From positions 30,566,001-30,630,000 of the forward strand of contig OX597819.1 in assembly GCA_951406725.2 (NCBI GenBank): 64,000 bases of DNA, in the 5' to 3' direction. Position numbers and translations under genes: made by a program. Position 1 is the stretch's first letter, and every line of letters starts with the position of its first letter. The DNA is from Octopus vulgaris. Its lineage: Eukaryota. Shown here one piece after another: positions 1 to 16,274 of the stretch. The notes beneath the pieces are model-generated. The model did no database searches. It was not told the origin of the DNA and saw only the letters and a program-made list of their open reading frames with translations.

Positions 1-2346
1 AATACCCAAGAAGCATTAGGCTGGTTATTGTTAATAAATATAAATTTAAAGTTTTGACAACTATTACTCTTTCATTAATCAGATAATAATGAATAAAGCT
101 CTTATTTTCGCTAAAAATTAACTTCCTTCCTATTCCGACTTGAATAGGAAGGAACTTAATGTTATCTTAACAGCTAGAAAATCAGTGATGAAGTTTGATA
201 ATAAATATTGGGTTAGAAAGAATTCCTATAATTCGTTTGACATAACCATGGAGTCCGCGGATTCGGCCCAAGTAACGGAAATAGAAGGCATATATGTTCT
301 ATATAAGTGATATAATGAATTCTCTGTAATTACGGGTGGACTATAATAGAGATGATGCGCTGTTTATAATTACAAACCCATCAAATAGGAAATCAGAACT
401 ATAAGAAAAATTATATAATTTTTTTAAAATTATGGTCTCTCGATATCTATAGAAAAAGAAAATAACCCGACTAATTTTTTAGATATTAACTTTAATCTTG
501 TCACTGGTAAATATGAACTGTATTATAAGCCCAGTACGAATCTAAAATATATTAATAATCTGCGTAATCATCCCAAATCACTAAAAACATATTAATTAAA
601 AACATAGAAAAAAGCTAACTTATCTTTCCTATAATGAAGAAATATTCAATAAAAATGCTGACTTCTATAATGATGTATTTGAAAAAAACTGGATATAAAT
701 ATAAAATAAAATACTATAGACTTAGTGACTACATACTTACTGAAAATAGCGAAGATAAAATAAAGGGTAACCCAAATATGATATATACTATAAGAACTAA
801 AACTACAGATAATGATAAAATATATAAAGTAAGTATGGATAGTTAAACAAACCCTAGGATAAATTACCAAAGTTTTAAAAACAGGAAAAGCAATAACAAA
901 AGTGTAATGATAAATACTAAAATTGATTATAAACTCATCAAACATGATGCTAAATATAGTAATAATGAAGGCAAAAATAAAAAAAATCTAGTAGAACATA
1001 AATTAACAGCATTGATAACAATATATATGCTAATACTTACAATAGTAAACATAATATAAATACTAAAAGAAGATATACTCCTTGCATAACTTCTGAAAAA
1101 CATAATATGGATTATGGTAAACGCGGCGAGCTGGCAGAAACGTTAGCATGCCGGGTGAAATGACTAGCGGTATTTCGTCTGTCTTTACGTTCTGAGTTCA
1201 AATTCCGCTGTGGTCGACTTTGCCTTTCATCCTTTCGGGGTCGATAAATTAAGCACCAGTTACGCACTAGGGTCGATGTAATTGACTTAATCCCTTTGTC
1301 TGTCCTTGTCTGTCCCCTCTATGTTTAGCCCCTTGTGGCAATAAAGAAATAAGAAACGTTAACATGTCGGGTGAAATGATTAGCGGTATTTCGTCTGTCT
1401 TTACGTTCTGAGTTCAAATTCTGCCGTGGTCGACTTTGCTTTCATCCTTTCGGGGTCAATAAATTAAGTACCAGTTGCGTACTGGGGTCGATCTAATCGA
1501 CTCGCCCTCTCTCCCAAAATTTCGGACCTTGTGCCTAGAGTAGAAAAGAATGTGGATTATGGTTGTCTAAATAAAACCAATATTTGTGGTTCATTATCCT
1601 CTTTGCAAGTCAAATTAAAAGTAACACAGTCAGATCTATTTATCGATCAATACAGAAACATTTAAATAAAGATAATAAGTATAGTTAAATTCTTGATTCT
1701 AAATCTATAGAAGTTGGTCATTCCCTACCGAAGAATTTTTTGGCAGTTATATCCTCAATTAATAATTAAAAAATTAGATAGTTTTTATAACAATTGTAAT
1801 TTAAATAAAAATGATGTTAGGATAAATTATAATAAAAGAAGGCATATAACCCATATTAATTCCCTTCCTAACTCAAATAATAGGAATAATAAAAATGAAA
1901 ATAATTGTATTAATAATGATGTTAATATAAATTGTAGGGTTAAAGAAAATTGTAAATTTAATAATAATTGTAAACAGGATAACCTAGTATATAGGTGTAT
2001 AGTTGAATCTGAAGGGAAGCTATACCATTACATAAGTTCAACTGAAACTAGATTTAAACGCAGAATTGCGAACCATGAGAATTGTTTTAGAAATAGGCAT
2101 AAAATTAATAACAGTAGTCCCAGCAAATTTATATGCATGTTAAAGGATAATGGGAATGATTATACGATTAAATGGGAGGTTGTAAGCCATGCCAGAGCTT
2201 ATCAAATTTCATCTAAGAAATGTCACTTATGTACTGAAGAAATTTTTCAAATAAAAAAATCCAAGTATAAATTTATTAATTCTAGGAAAGAGAATACTTT
2301 AGCTGTTTGCCACTACTCGAAATATGTTTTTAGAAGATTTAATTAA
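1..2346 (+). mobile_element. Degenerate Penelope-like retroelement (Naiad-type): RT remnant, Asn-rich linker, GIY-YIG endonuclease
   Basis: GGLY-RDDALF RT motif at about 333-365 (frameshifted). ORF 1714-2346 has CxxxxxCxxxxxC, VYRC..YISST..FKRRIANH and KKCHLCTEEIF, the Naiad-like GIY-YIG pattern. Interrupted by a SINE at 1119-1548. Confidence 0.85.
1119..1548 (+). mobile_element. Dimeric tRNA-derived SINE (family B, Nin/Deu-like central domain)
   Basis: Head gcggcgagctggcagaa, B-box gagttcaaattcc, and core gcctttcatcctttcggggtcgataaattaagtacc present twice. 15-bp TSD aat(a/g)tggattatggt at 1104-1118 and 1549-1563. Confidence 0.85.
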
Positions 2347-3107
2347 TTAGTAAATAAATAATAGATAATTAAACTGAAAATTATAAGTATAGGCATGTTG
2401 CCTCTACTCGAAATATGTTTTTATAAAATTGAATTAATTAATAAATTCATGATCAATAATTAAACTGAAACTGAAGTATAGGCATGATATAAAATAAGCA
2501 TAAAATAAAGTATTTAACATCTAAATGCAAATTAATTAACTTGAAGAGGGTGAATATTTTAATTTGTTGTGATTAACCTAAATATACTTTAGAAAATTAA
2601 AAGAATTTAATAAATAAATAATAAATAAAACCAAACATTAAAATACAAACATGATATGATAATTATAGCTTAATTCAAAAACCAAACACAGAATAAAATA
2701 ATTTTAAATAATTAAAAATAATATAATATAAATAACATATACTAAATTATATTATATGTTTAAATTTCATTTTAATAATAATATCAACTATAGACCGTTA
2801 CTATCTATCAGCTAATATAACACTTTTTAATTCAGATAAATATTAAACATGTATAGGTTAAAACAACTTAAATATGAATAACATATACTATATTATATTA
2901 TATGGTGTCCAAATATAGGCTTAATAATAATATTGAGTACTGAGCTTTACTAATTAACCAAATAATATTATACATTTTAATTTGAATACAGACATTATGA
3001 ATATATATATTAAAAATTTAAGCAAAGTCGATATAACTAAACTTACAATATAACTTAAATTTAATAATATAACTTTAAAAATATAACTAGATTTAACATA
3101 GGTTAAA

Positions 3108-3504
3108 TCTTTATATATAAAAGTGAGGTTGTGTGTCTGTCTCCTACGATTTAGATTCCTAACTACTCCCACATTTTGCGGTGCAGTTTAACCAAAACCG
3201 GGTATCTTATAGTCGTGATTCATATCGAGCCCTTCTGGGTATTAGTGCGCGTCTACGATGAGTCTACGATTTTAAAAAAAATTTACCATCATTTTTTCCC
3301 ATTTTTAATCCATTTTTTTGCTATTATATAAGGGAAGTAACTCTCTAAAAATGTCTACGATGAGTCAACGATTTAAAAAGAAATTTATCATATTTTTTTT
3401 TCCATTTTTAATGCATTTTTTGCTATTTTTTGGCTATAACTCTCTAAAAATGCTTTATAGTTATTTCCCTTACAAACCCGAGCAACGCCGGGTGATATTG
3501 CTAG
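3108..3504 (+). mobile_element. Non-autonomous Helitron
   Basis: 5' TC, 3' CTAG, inserted between A and T, subterminal hairpin cccgagcaacgccggg. Near-identical copies at 21955, 34628 and 51112. Confidence 0.85.
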
Positions 3505-5348
3505 TATAATATAAATGTAAACAACATACACTAAATTATATTATATAAAACTTAAAAATCAGTTCAAAAATGACATTGAGTATTGATTTCTATTAATTAA
3601 TCGCATAGTATAATACAATTTAATTTAGATACAAATACTATAAATCTATCGATAACACCAATTTTGATGACGTAATGCACCGAATAAATCCACCTACTAA
3701 TCATAAATATATAACGTAGGCCTACATATGAATATTAGGCGTCCCATCCCAATATACACCTAAATATATAATACTATACTATATAATAACTAGAAACCAA
3801 TAAGTAAATATAAACAATACTATAATTGTTTCCATAACCTTTTAATAATATACATAAATACTTGTGAACTAGTGAAGTAACTTAAGAAGGAAACATCTAT
3901 ATACGCACGCATATACATATACTAATACATAAATAATCACATCCATATATACATATACAAATACATATACATGCACGTGCATACACACATAAACATAAAT
4001 TTTGTTTCACCTTTATTTTTATACATTCTTTATTCCTTATTTCTATTTCTTTATTTTGATTTATTATATATTTTATCATTTATTTTTACTCTTATCTTCG
4101 TTAATTGACTATTATCATTATTTTTTTAATTTGAATGTAAATATAAATATCAAGGAATGCGCAAATGAACACACGTGGGAGGCTGTGAGGATAGTTACGG
4201 ACAAGAGTGAAGAAACTGAATAGAAAGTCGAAACTTTAAACATGTAGCAAGTCAAACTTTAAAATTACTGGAGAAAGGTTTGAGAAGTGGCTGAAGAAAG
4301 ATAGCATATTACATCATATAACGTCATATATCAATTAGCAAATTATAGTTGTAGGTGAAATTACAAAATTCCAGTTAGATGTGCAGTATCAGATTATAAG
4401 ATAATCTGGATTTTTTTTAAAAATCCGAGATCTGGTCTACACTAGTGTGATTTGACTTTGGGGTAGTTGAAATATTGCAGGATGAGGAGAATCGAATAAT
4501 AGTTTGTACTGTAACGGGATACCAAGTTCAATACCAGACCGTTGTGAGTTCAAATATTGCTGGTTCAATCAGTCTTTTCATCAATACAGCTCGAATTAAA
4601 TATGTACGAAAAACATATTTTGTTTATAAACTCTCTCACTGTTTTGTGAAAGAGGTAGTGTATCTTATAAAAAAATATAAATGCATTGCTTGATTTTGGT
4701 TCGCTCGATATATTAGTAATCGGCTGCTGAAACAGAGCAAGTCCTGCATTGTATTCGAATTACAATTTATTTCAGTTTGATTTCAAATCCTCCTGAATAT
4801 TCTTTTGTATTTCTTTTTTCATGGAACGAATTCATAAACTCCAATTCGCTGTGTAAAAGCATAATAGGACAACCTCTAGTCGTTGTAAATCCTTATTAAA
4901 TAATTCAATAATGCAAAATTTTACAGATAGATTACGCTCATATACATTTATTATCCTTAAATTTATCTTACACGCGACCAATCGTGAAGTTAATATGATC
5001 ATGTAATCAGAGACGAGACTGTAGTGGCTTTAATTCTCCTAAGAATATCCCTAGACCCAGTATATATAAACCAGTATAAGTGAATGATTATAAGGTGCAT
5101 ACACCACATTCAGGTGTATACGCCTTATAAACATTTCAAATGTGATTTTGCTTGAGATATATTGGTTTTGACAAATATTCATTTTTTTGGACAAATAACA
5201 ATTTAAGTTAATCATGCATTTTATCACAGAGAGATACTAAAAATTATCGACACTGCGACAGTCTGTTTTCCAATTAGGCACTCTAATATACTTAGGTTTT
5301 AAGTCGGAATAATTTTTAAACCAAAACTTAATTAAGTATTTGACATAC

Positions 5349-6032
5349 ATATAATGGATTATAGCATAAGCTGAGTGTTGGGAAGACTTATGAAAAGATG
5401 CTTGAGAAATCAAATGCATTATGTTGACTTAAAAACATCTGGAAAGGTCTGAGATTTGTGTTACATATCTGAAATTATCAATAAATATGGATCAGCTAAA
5501 ATACTTTGTTATGCTAAAGTTATTAAATACGGAACAACGGAAAAGAATTAATTACCGAAAATCATTTGATAACATACCATTCTCTTAGGTAATGTTGACA
5601 CCTCAAATGTAACAGTTTTTTATTAACAGAATGCATCAACAATGCTGCACAACAGAAAAAGAAATGACAGACACCAGCCTGAAACCCATAAAAAGTGGTA
5701 GCTTTTGGGTAAATCCCTAATTCACTTTATTCTTTCTGTCTAGTTCTGACAACACCAACATATATACAACTTATATATATATATATATATAGTCAAAAAT
5801 TGTGAAGCATGACTGTCAACACTACTACATGAACCCGAAGATTGCAGAATTCAATGCATATACTAGTTCAATCAGAATGAATATTTAACATTCTACTATT
5901 TCATTTTATTTTATTCAATTATAATATATTATCTTATAATATATCATTATAAGATTGTAAATAAAACGTGAAAATCAGACAAGGTTGGAATTCTTTTTAT
6001 TAATATATTCTTCCATACACAATCACACACAC

Positions 6033-6077
<45 letters not shown>

Positions 6078-6388
6078 ACTTATAAACAAGGGCTAAAGAA
6101 AATTATTTCAATGCCTATATGCTGATAACAGACTTTTAAATCGTCAATTTCCACATATTATTTACTCGCAACAAAAAAACACGTAGAGCTGAAATCGAGG
6201 AAAGCTGGCCAAAAGATTTTTTTTAAAAAGTTCGTTATTTCTATATTGAATCAATTTCGAAATTAATCTCATAATAGATTTTTTCCTCTTCAATAGAAAA
6301 TACGAAAATACAAATGAAATACTTACAAACGCCCATGGAAAAAAGCCGCAGCAAAAATCATGTGTACATATAAGTACCCCAGATATAT
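5349..6388 (-). pseudogene. Possible exon remnants of an unidentified spliced gene (6327-6388, 5578-5678, 5349-5468)
   Basis: Three segments are bounded by YAG acceptors and GTAAGT/GTATGT donors. The first two splice to an open frame ISGVLICTHDFCCGFFPWAF-AGVCHFFFCCAALLMHSVNKKLLHLRCQHYLRE. The third introduces stops. No homologue recognised. Confidence 0.25.
5791..6033 (+). mobile_element. Solo pseudo-LTR of the Neptune-type PLE at 45087-46690, inserted in (TA)n
   Basis: Near-identical to the reverse complement of 45087-45336 and flanked by (TA)n. Its HHR motif (5830-5870) has lost GAAAG. Confidence 0.85.
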
Positions 6389-7411
6389 CTAAATATAAAA
6401 TCCTTCGGTCAGCCTCAGCACACGTGTGAACTGTTCCCCACTACAGCTTATATACATATATATCAAATATAATCAGAGTTGACATATATATCCAATGAGA
6501 AATATACCAATACATTGACACGTAGTATAAACATCCAAACATCGAAGAAAATTTGAACTACATTACAAAAATATTGAAGGGTTTTAAAATAAGTAATGTA
6601 TTAACTTATAATTAGAATTTTATCACTAACGTGCGAAGGCCTGTAATCTAGTAGGCAGAATCTTCAATTTCTAAACCTGGAGGCGCGTTGTGTCCTTAAG
6701 CAAGACATTTCCTTTCGCGGTGCCCCGGTCTTTTCATCGGTAAATAAATACCAACCGAGTACTAAAACAGTTCTCTCTGCACCCAGGTTTTGCATCATAG
6801 ATGTGTCGCTGAACCAAGATCGAAGAGTCCGAGAAGCTGTCTATGCCTGCTCGTTACAGCATAGACATCTAAAGCAATGAGCGAAAGTATGATACATGTT
6901 ATCAGGTCAGAGTGATTGTAATGGTTGTACTGTACTTTATAAGTAAGATATCGAAAATATTGGTAATAAGTACTGACTAGGCACTAGCGCATAGACGTTG
7001 TAGTCGAACTTACATTAATATTAAAGAAAAGATGCATATTTTACAATTACAGTTTATTTCTCAAAAGAGACTACCACAAAATATAACAACTAGCGAAAAA
7101 AATTACCCGATCTGAATATAACTTTGGATCCCAACACGCTAACTACAAGAATATACATTCTCAAGACCAAAATAAAAGGCAAAGCAAAAGAATTACATAA
7201 GGAAAACACGCGAACAAAAGCATGGAACAAAATTTCGAAAGCCTAAAATAAGATTAAGATTATAAAAACTGAAAATATAAATCACAAAAAAATATGTAAC
7301 CCATACAAAACAGAAAATAAGTAACAAAACATAATAAAATAAATCTGTAGTAAACTGCGATAATAATAAATAAAATAACAAAACCATTATAAAGAAAATA
7401 TGATCGACATA

Positions 7412-7576
7412 GGCGCAGGAGTGGCTGTGTGGTAAGTAGCTTGTTTACCAACCACATGGTTCCGGGTTTAGTCCCACTGCGTGGCATCTTGGGCAAGTGT
7501 CTTCTGCTATAGCCCCGGGTCGACCAATGCCTTGTGAGTGGATTTGGTAGACCGAAACTGAAAGAAGCCTGTCGTA

Positions 7577-7631
<55 letters not shown>

Positions 7632-7850
7632 CTGTGTGTCTGTGTTTGTCCCCCTAGCATTGCTTGACAACCGATGCTGGTGTGTTTATGTCCCCGTCAC
7701 TTAGCGGTTCGGCAAAACAGACCGATAGAATAAGTACTGGGCTTACAAAAAATAAGTCCTTGGGTCGAGTTGCTCGATTAAAGGCGGTGCTCCAGCATGG
7801 CCGCAGTCAAATGACTGAAACAAGTAAAAGAGTAAAAGAGTAAAGAGTAA
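7412..7850 (+). mobile_element. tRNA-derived SINE (family A) with internal (TA)n(TG)n
   Basis: A-box tggctgtgtgg, B-box-like ggtttagtccc, ttgggcaagt motif, (GAGTAAAA)n tail. Many copies in the window. Confidence 0.85.
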
Positions 7851-8956
7851 CTCTGGAAATAAGGGTAACTAGAATGTGGAAACTGAAAATAGAAACAATC
7901 CTCTTGAACTTGAACATGCATACAACATACAGGATATAAAATTACTAGACACTGTTTATTATATACAGAACTCTCAATAGACTACAAAGCATGAAAACTA
8001 AACAAAATATTACACCATGTAATAAAAGCACGTTCGGTTGTGCTTGAATTGATACAATAAAAAGCAATGAACATTTGAAAGAAGGCTTACAAAAACATAG
8101 AGCGGAACAAAAAAAGTTATATAAATACGGGAGAAGGAGTGAAAGATGTTATGGAATTAAAGTTAGAAATATATAAAAACAATAAATTACACATTTTTTT
8201 TTTTAAACTATATTAAAACACATGTTAGTTAAAACAAATATGATTAAACAGGAAATAAAATATGAAAATCATTTAGGGTCTCGCCCACTCTGGCGGCCGG
8301 TCAAAATTAACTCTAAATTAAAAAAGAAAAAAAATGCATGCATGCATACATACATACATACATACATACATACATACATACATACATACATACATACAAA
8401 CGTACATAAGTACATACATGCATGCATATAGTGTCCAGGCTATAAATCTTCATTTAACACGGATGCATTGGGCTTTATAACAGTTTTACAAAAAAGCCCG
8501 AAAATGCTGGGATTTTCTAAGAAAGGACAAAGCAAAATTACTTGCATTCACCAAATTCATTCGATTGCCGGTATTGTGAAAACTTGTATAAACATTCTAA
8601 AGTTTTTCCATTTGAATCTTCTGGAATGAATACGCACAGTTACATGTGTCCATATGACATACGCCCATCCGCATACATTGCGAGTGATCATATGCATACA
8701 CTCGAGAACTAAAGAGAGTTGTATCTATTGCATAGGTGCAAGTATATTCACACACACGTACATATATGCATGCAATAACTCCCTGATACATTCACAAATC
8801 TTTGAAACTTCTCTAACTCAAATAAAAAGCATTATCACTTTGTTAATAAGCAACTCGACTTTTGCAATGAATAGAAAAATATCTCAAAGAAAGTATATGC
8901 ACGCAGCGGGATAGAGTTCGAGATTTCGATATTGCAAAGATAGTATTTTAACCATT

Positions 8957-9450
8957 CAGTCACGCGTGGAAATCAGCTGTCCAGTGGATGTTAACATAAA
9001 GATCAACGAAAAAGAAAATACCTACACTGAACTATTGAGAAATTTGCAGTTATTCAATCTGTATTACAAGTTCGGGTTTATACCTGTAATTATTGGGTCG
9101 CTAGGATATGTAACACACTGCTTAAATATCAATCTTGAGAAATTAGGCTTTCCAAAACCAGAAAAAAGCTAATTCGAAGACTACAGATCCAGTTCATCAC
9201 CGGAACTGTAAGAATCTGTAAAACTTTACGCAAGTTTATCATTTAAGTGTATATGAGCATGTCTAGATATGCAAGAAGATGCATGAGAATATACACATAA
9301 AGCAAAACATACAAATCTGCATACATACAAACATACATACAAAATACTCTGTTGATGTTGTTGAAATTCCAGTGAAGGAGCCATGGATTTAGGTTAGAAA
9401 CCGGCTCTTTCTCTATTGGCAAGAAACCTTGAAATAAAACTGAATAATGA
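8957..9450 (+). mobile_element. 3' fragment of a Dong/R4-like REL-endonuclease LINE ending at (CATA)n
   Basis: EISCPVDVNIKINEKENTY...FIPVIIGSLGYV is the REL C-terminus. Homologous to 19447-19665. Confidence 0.7.
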
Positions 9451-9531
9451 CATACATACATACATACATAATATAAATAATATATATATGCATATATACA
9501 TACGTATATGTACATATACTTACATCTATAC

Positions 9532-9602
<71 letters not shown>

Positions 9603-9619
9603 TAGATAGATAGATAGAT

Positions 9620-9681
<62 letters not shown>

Positions 9682-10059
9682 GCATATGTGGGCACAGGAC
9701 GTCACGAAACGTGTACAACAAAAATACGAAGTACGAGTACATGGAATATGAACTATTTTTTCGAACAACGAAAGACAAATGGAAAACAAGAGAAAGCCAC
9801 GTGAGCAAGGGAGGACGAGTGAGGGAAAGAGAGTGACAGACAGAGAACTGTGAAGGGGAGGGGAAAAATTGTAAATAGGATAAGTGAGAAAAAACAGGAG
9901 GGGGAATAGGGGAGGTAGAAGAATAAGAGAAAAGAAGAGAGGAAAAACGAAAGAGTGATAGGATAGAATAGTGGGAGAAAAGGAGGTAAAATAATAAGAG
10001 AGAGGAAGAGAGAAAAACATGCATACATACATAAATACATACATACATACATACATACA

Positions 10060-10091
<32 letters not shown>

Positions 10092-10356
10092 AACAAGTAA
10101 TCTTCAATCTAGGTGGTGCCATCAGCAACAAATATGTGAAAGAGGTAGAACAAATAAAATTGTGGTATTTAAAATTTTTTGATATTTATGCCGACTTCAC
10201 GGAGCCGAGATATGTGTGCGGTTGTGTACGTATACATATGCGCGCGAATGTGTATGCGTGCGTGCGTGCGCGCGTATAAGTATACATAATTTCCCTTCAT
10301 AGATGTGAATGACTAATAAGAATAATACTGACAGCATTACAATAGCAATTATACAA

Positions 10357-11589
10357 TTGGGTTCTCAAATAAATTCGGTCGTTTTTTGTTCATTTATTTT
10401 AATCTTTATTTTTCATCTGCAGTTTTCACAAATCAGTCAATAATATATTCTCTTTCATTGTTCGTAACTTCTTGCCAACGTTCATTAACAAGTCAATACC
10501 TTGCCGTTAGAAATCATTGGGTCTAAACTCGAAGAATTCATCGAGCGATGTTTTCAACTCTATGTCGTTCTTGAATGAAACGCCTCGCAGACTGCCCGAG
10601 AGCGACCGTAAAAGATGATAATCTGGAGGTGCTATATTAAGAGAAATCGGTGAGTTCTGTTGAACGTTCCAATCGAGCTCTTGAATAGCCATTTGGCCAA
10701 ATTAACAATGGAGGGGGGGGGGGCGAGTGTTGTGTTGAAGAAGTATTCCGTGTCACCGGCCGGGTCGTTTCAGCCTGATTGCCTCGCTGAACCTATGCAT
10801 TTGCTGAACGTAAAGCACTGCATTGACCATGCAGTTGTTTTCCAGCATTTTGTAGTGGATTACCCTTCCTAATCTCACCAAAAGCAAACCTTTCTCTTGC
10901 TAGAATGCACGTCTGGCTTGACTCGATTTGTTGCTCGCTTGCAATTCTTTCCTCTGTTTCACACTGACGCAAAGACACTATTTTTCATCGCCGTGACGAA
11001 GTGGTAAAGAAATATTTGTGTCCACGAAATATTTGTGTCAAGCGAGCAAACTGGCGGTGATAGAGCAGCGTTGGAGTTTGTCTCTTTTGTTCAGAATTTA
11101 TAGTACTCATGCACCAAGTTTTTGGACCTTACCCATCGTGGGAAGGTGACAGGTTTTGATATCAATGGAGGATCTCATTTGCTGAGACAATTTCCAACTG
11201 AATTGGCCCAATCGATCCTCATTAAACTGAGCAGGTCGGCCGAAGTGCAGGGAATCTATGAGGTCGGATGTTCTCACTATGAAACGTAAATTCCATTTCT
11301 GTGCAGTTCCTTGAGTAATGGCACCTTCTCTGCACACAGTGCAAATGTCTCCAGCAGTTTTGGCAGTTTTAGAAGTTTGATTGAAAGCGAAAACAAGCGG
11401 GTGTCGAAAATGCTCATTTTTTTATACATCATCATATATTTGCAAAGAGGCAAAATGTATTCAAATTTCAAAATAGATAAACAAAAGTTGTAGAGGAAGA
11501 ACAAAACAACAAAAAAAAGATACACACAAAACATTAAGAAAATATTTTTCATATTTATTCAAATAACAAATTTGTCTGACAACCCAATA
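10357..11589 (-). mobile_element. Decayed mariner (Tc1/mariner) transposon
   Basis: SLNIAPPDYHLLRSL (YSPDLAPxD motif) and N-terminal HTH remnants. TIR-like ttgggttctcaaataaatt and aatttgtctgacaacccaa. Confidence 0.75.
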
Positions 11590-11854
11590 TCATATCAACA
11601 GCACTACCAACACCAGGAACATTAAAAGTACTACTAACACCAATAGTACTAATTTCTTGAAGTTATCAGTAATCAACGGGAGCGAGAAACATATTAAAAG
11701 TTATACTACAACTCTGAAAAAAACACCTGGAAGATACCTGCATTTCATGAGGTTAATATAATCCAACATAAGCCATCTGGATGGATAATGTTACTGGAAA
11801 ACTAAAACAGCCTGAGACGCACAACTGAATATTTAAATACCGCTGTGGGGTATA

Positions 11855-12720
11855 AGTTGAATAACTTCACAGAACACCAGCTACGGCTAGTGAATAAACT
11901 GATTAAAATGCATAGAGATTCTACTTTAGAAATTCTTCAGAAGATATCAGAGCTTTAGATGTTCTATGAAAATCTTTGTTATAGAAAACAATTACTTTAA
12001 AGAGCCAGTATTAACGACAGATGTGATTCTAACCTACAGGCTGTAAATCAGAAACTATATACCTGTAAAAAGATCTTGTATGAGATCTTAAAATAATTTT
12101 GGTCTAAGATCTGGAATAAATTGGAGTTCAGCCATAATAAATCATGACTGAATATTAATTATCAGAAAGTAATACTAATATCAGCTGTAAAACGTGCATT
12201 ACTCACACCGAAACTCCCACTGGAACTGTACGAAACCAAGAAGAGAAGTAATAATTAGATACTGGTACGAACAAGTTCTTAACATTCAACGGAAAGACGG
12301 CGCTCACATTATGATTAAGAGAAATATGGAAGGCCAAATTGACAATCACATTAGTTTATCATAGAAAATTTAAAATGTGCTATAAAATCAAGGAACGCCT
12401 CCTAGTGGTGTAAGTTGAATAACTTCACAGAATACCAGCTATATTTATTGAATAAACTGATTAAAATGTATAAAGATTCTACTTCACAAATTCTTCAGAA
12501 GAGAGAAGAGCTTCAATGCATGACCTTAAGACGTTCTATGAAAATCCTTGTTATTGAAAACAATTATTTCAAAGAGCCAGTATTAACGACAAATATGATT
12601 CCGTTGAACGTTAAGAAATTGTACATCCCAGTATCTAATATGTAAGGCCAAAATGACATCATATTAGTATATTATAGAAAATTCAAGATGTGCTATAAAC
12701 TCAAGGAAAGCCTCCTAGTG
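11855..12720. repeat. Local imperfect duplication of about 500 bp of decayed element sequence
   Basis: taagttgaataacttcacagaa...aaagagccagtattaacgaca occurs at about 11852-12019 and 12411-12590. The downstream block is also repeated. Confidence 0.6.
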
Positions 12721-13193
12721 GTTTCTTTGTCAAGTACATTGTGCTTTAGATGGACCTGCACGGAACTTTCTAGAGTGGGGCTGATAAAAACAACAGTTTT
12801 ATGCAAATTTATTGTGAATCCCAACATGTTACATGCCGATGAAATATTATCTTTAAGAGTTTGAAACCTCCCATATACTAATGATTGTGTCGCAAGCAAT
12901 AAAAATATAGCTTGCGACACAATCAGCAGTATACAGGAGATTTCTTATCAGAGATTACAATGATCAGTATACAGACGGTCTGGAATCAAAAATCTAAAAT
13001 TAGCCGTATGACATTGAATAACTTATCAGTAGTGTTTTCACGTATAATAAATACGACTGAAAATTGTAAGTGAAGTACATGGCAAACAGAGTATATACAT
13101 ACATAAATACATATATGCATATCTACATACGTACGTGCCTATATATATATGTGTGTGTGTGTGTGTGTATACACACATACACACACGCACATG

Positions 13194-13226
<33 letters not shown>

Positions 13227-13227
13227 G

Positions 13228-13350
<123 letters not shown>

Positions 13351-13356
13351 CTTATA

Positions 13357-13598
13357 AGGCGGCGAGCTGGCAGAAACGTTAGCGCTCCGGGCGAAATGCT
13401 TAGCGGTATTTCGTCTGTCGTTACATTGTGAGTTCAAATTCCACCGAGGTCGACTATGCCTTTCATCCTTTCGGGGTCGATAAATAAAGTACCAGTTTCG
13501 CACTCGGGTCGATGTAATCGACTCAGTCCCTTGTTTGTCCCCTCTATGTTTAGCCCCTTGTGGGCAGTAAAGAAATATATATATATATATATATATAT
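13357..13598 (+). mobile_element. SINE family B monomer
   Basis: Same head and core as 1119. TSD aatacttata at 13347-13356 and 13599-13608. Confidence 0.85.
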
Positions 13599-13871
13599 AA
13601 TACTTATATATTACTCATACTTATGTTACTCTGCCGAAAGTACTGAATGATCCTTCAGCTTTTTTTACACCGCTAAACTACAACAAAAAGTAATAAATGA
13701 TGTAGCGGGGAACTATCTTATGTCTAGTGAATCAGACCCACATACGAAACTATGAATCTCTTAATATATTGAGTCAGTAATAATTTTGCTAGTCTTCTCT
13801 TCCGCACGGTACTGGAGCAGCACAACAAAACCAAAAGTAAAAACATTCGGAGCAGGGTTGGGCTTACAATT

Positions 13872-13980
13872 TGGTCGGCCCGAGGCTATAGTAGAAGGCA
13901 TTTGCCCAAGGTCCCACACAGTGGGACTGAACCCGGAACCATGTGGTCCGTAAGCAAGGTACTTACCACACAGCCACTCG
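13872..13980 (-). mobile_element. SINE family A 5' fragment
   Basis: Reverse complement of the family A head. Confidence 0.75.
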
Positions 13981-13982
13981 TG

Positions 13983-15614
<1,632 letters not shown>

Positions 15615-15637
15615 TATATATATATATATATATTTAT

Positions 15638-15929
15638 ACAAACTGAGATAGGGGTTGTGAGTGCAACCCTCCATGGGATAACATATATCCAATATACTGC
15701 TAGTAAAGCACCCAACAAGGTTAATACATAAATGTTAAGAATTGCGATGCAATTAATTCATTTACTGTATTATATGGGCAAAAGCAAAATGTTTTACCAC
15801 AAATTAATAATACAAAATAAGAAAATGGAGAAATACATCTTAATCAATAATCAACTACCAGATAATTGGGTATTATCCTCGTAGTTGATTATTGATTAAG
15901 ATGCATTTCTCCATTTTCTTATTTTGTAT
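15638..15929 (-). mobile_element. Short foldback PLE pLTR derivative in (TA)n
   Basis: Same 170-bp tail as 14091 and 27935. Hairpin between about 15809-15865 and 15874-15929. Confidence 0.75.
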
Positions 15930-16232
15930 ATATATATATATATAAATATATATATATGTATGTAAGGTAAAAATGAATTCCTCGCTCTTTCGGAAACATC
16001 AATCTTCTATATTGACCGCTTTCCACCACTTTGATCTGTTTTTTGTATTGAATACGTATCGCCACCGTGGGCCACTGCATCGAACACTTTGAACATATAC
16101 TTCAAACTATATACCAACTATACATGAACTATATATCAACTATACATGAACTCTAAGATGTCTGACTCCGTTGTGTATTATAAATGAATTTCTTGTGTTT
16201 GACGGCATGAGCTGTCTCTTTTTATATATAAC

Positions 16233-16274
16233 TTTTTTGATAAGGTTCATTTCAGGAACTGAAACATGTTATAA
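16233..16274 (+). ncRNA. Minimal hammerhead-like motif, U3-A8 variant
   Basis: TTGATAA-ggttc-atttcag-gaact-GAAA-catg-TT with palindromic CATG loop. Stem I is weak. Lies in a ~370-bp insert between (TA)n tracts. Confidence 0.5.

Noticed and set aside
9365-9412. HHR-like gaaaccgg in the LINE 3' UTR
   Set aside because: No CUGANGA-type core.
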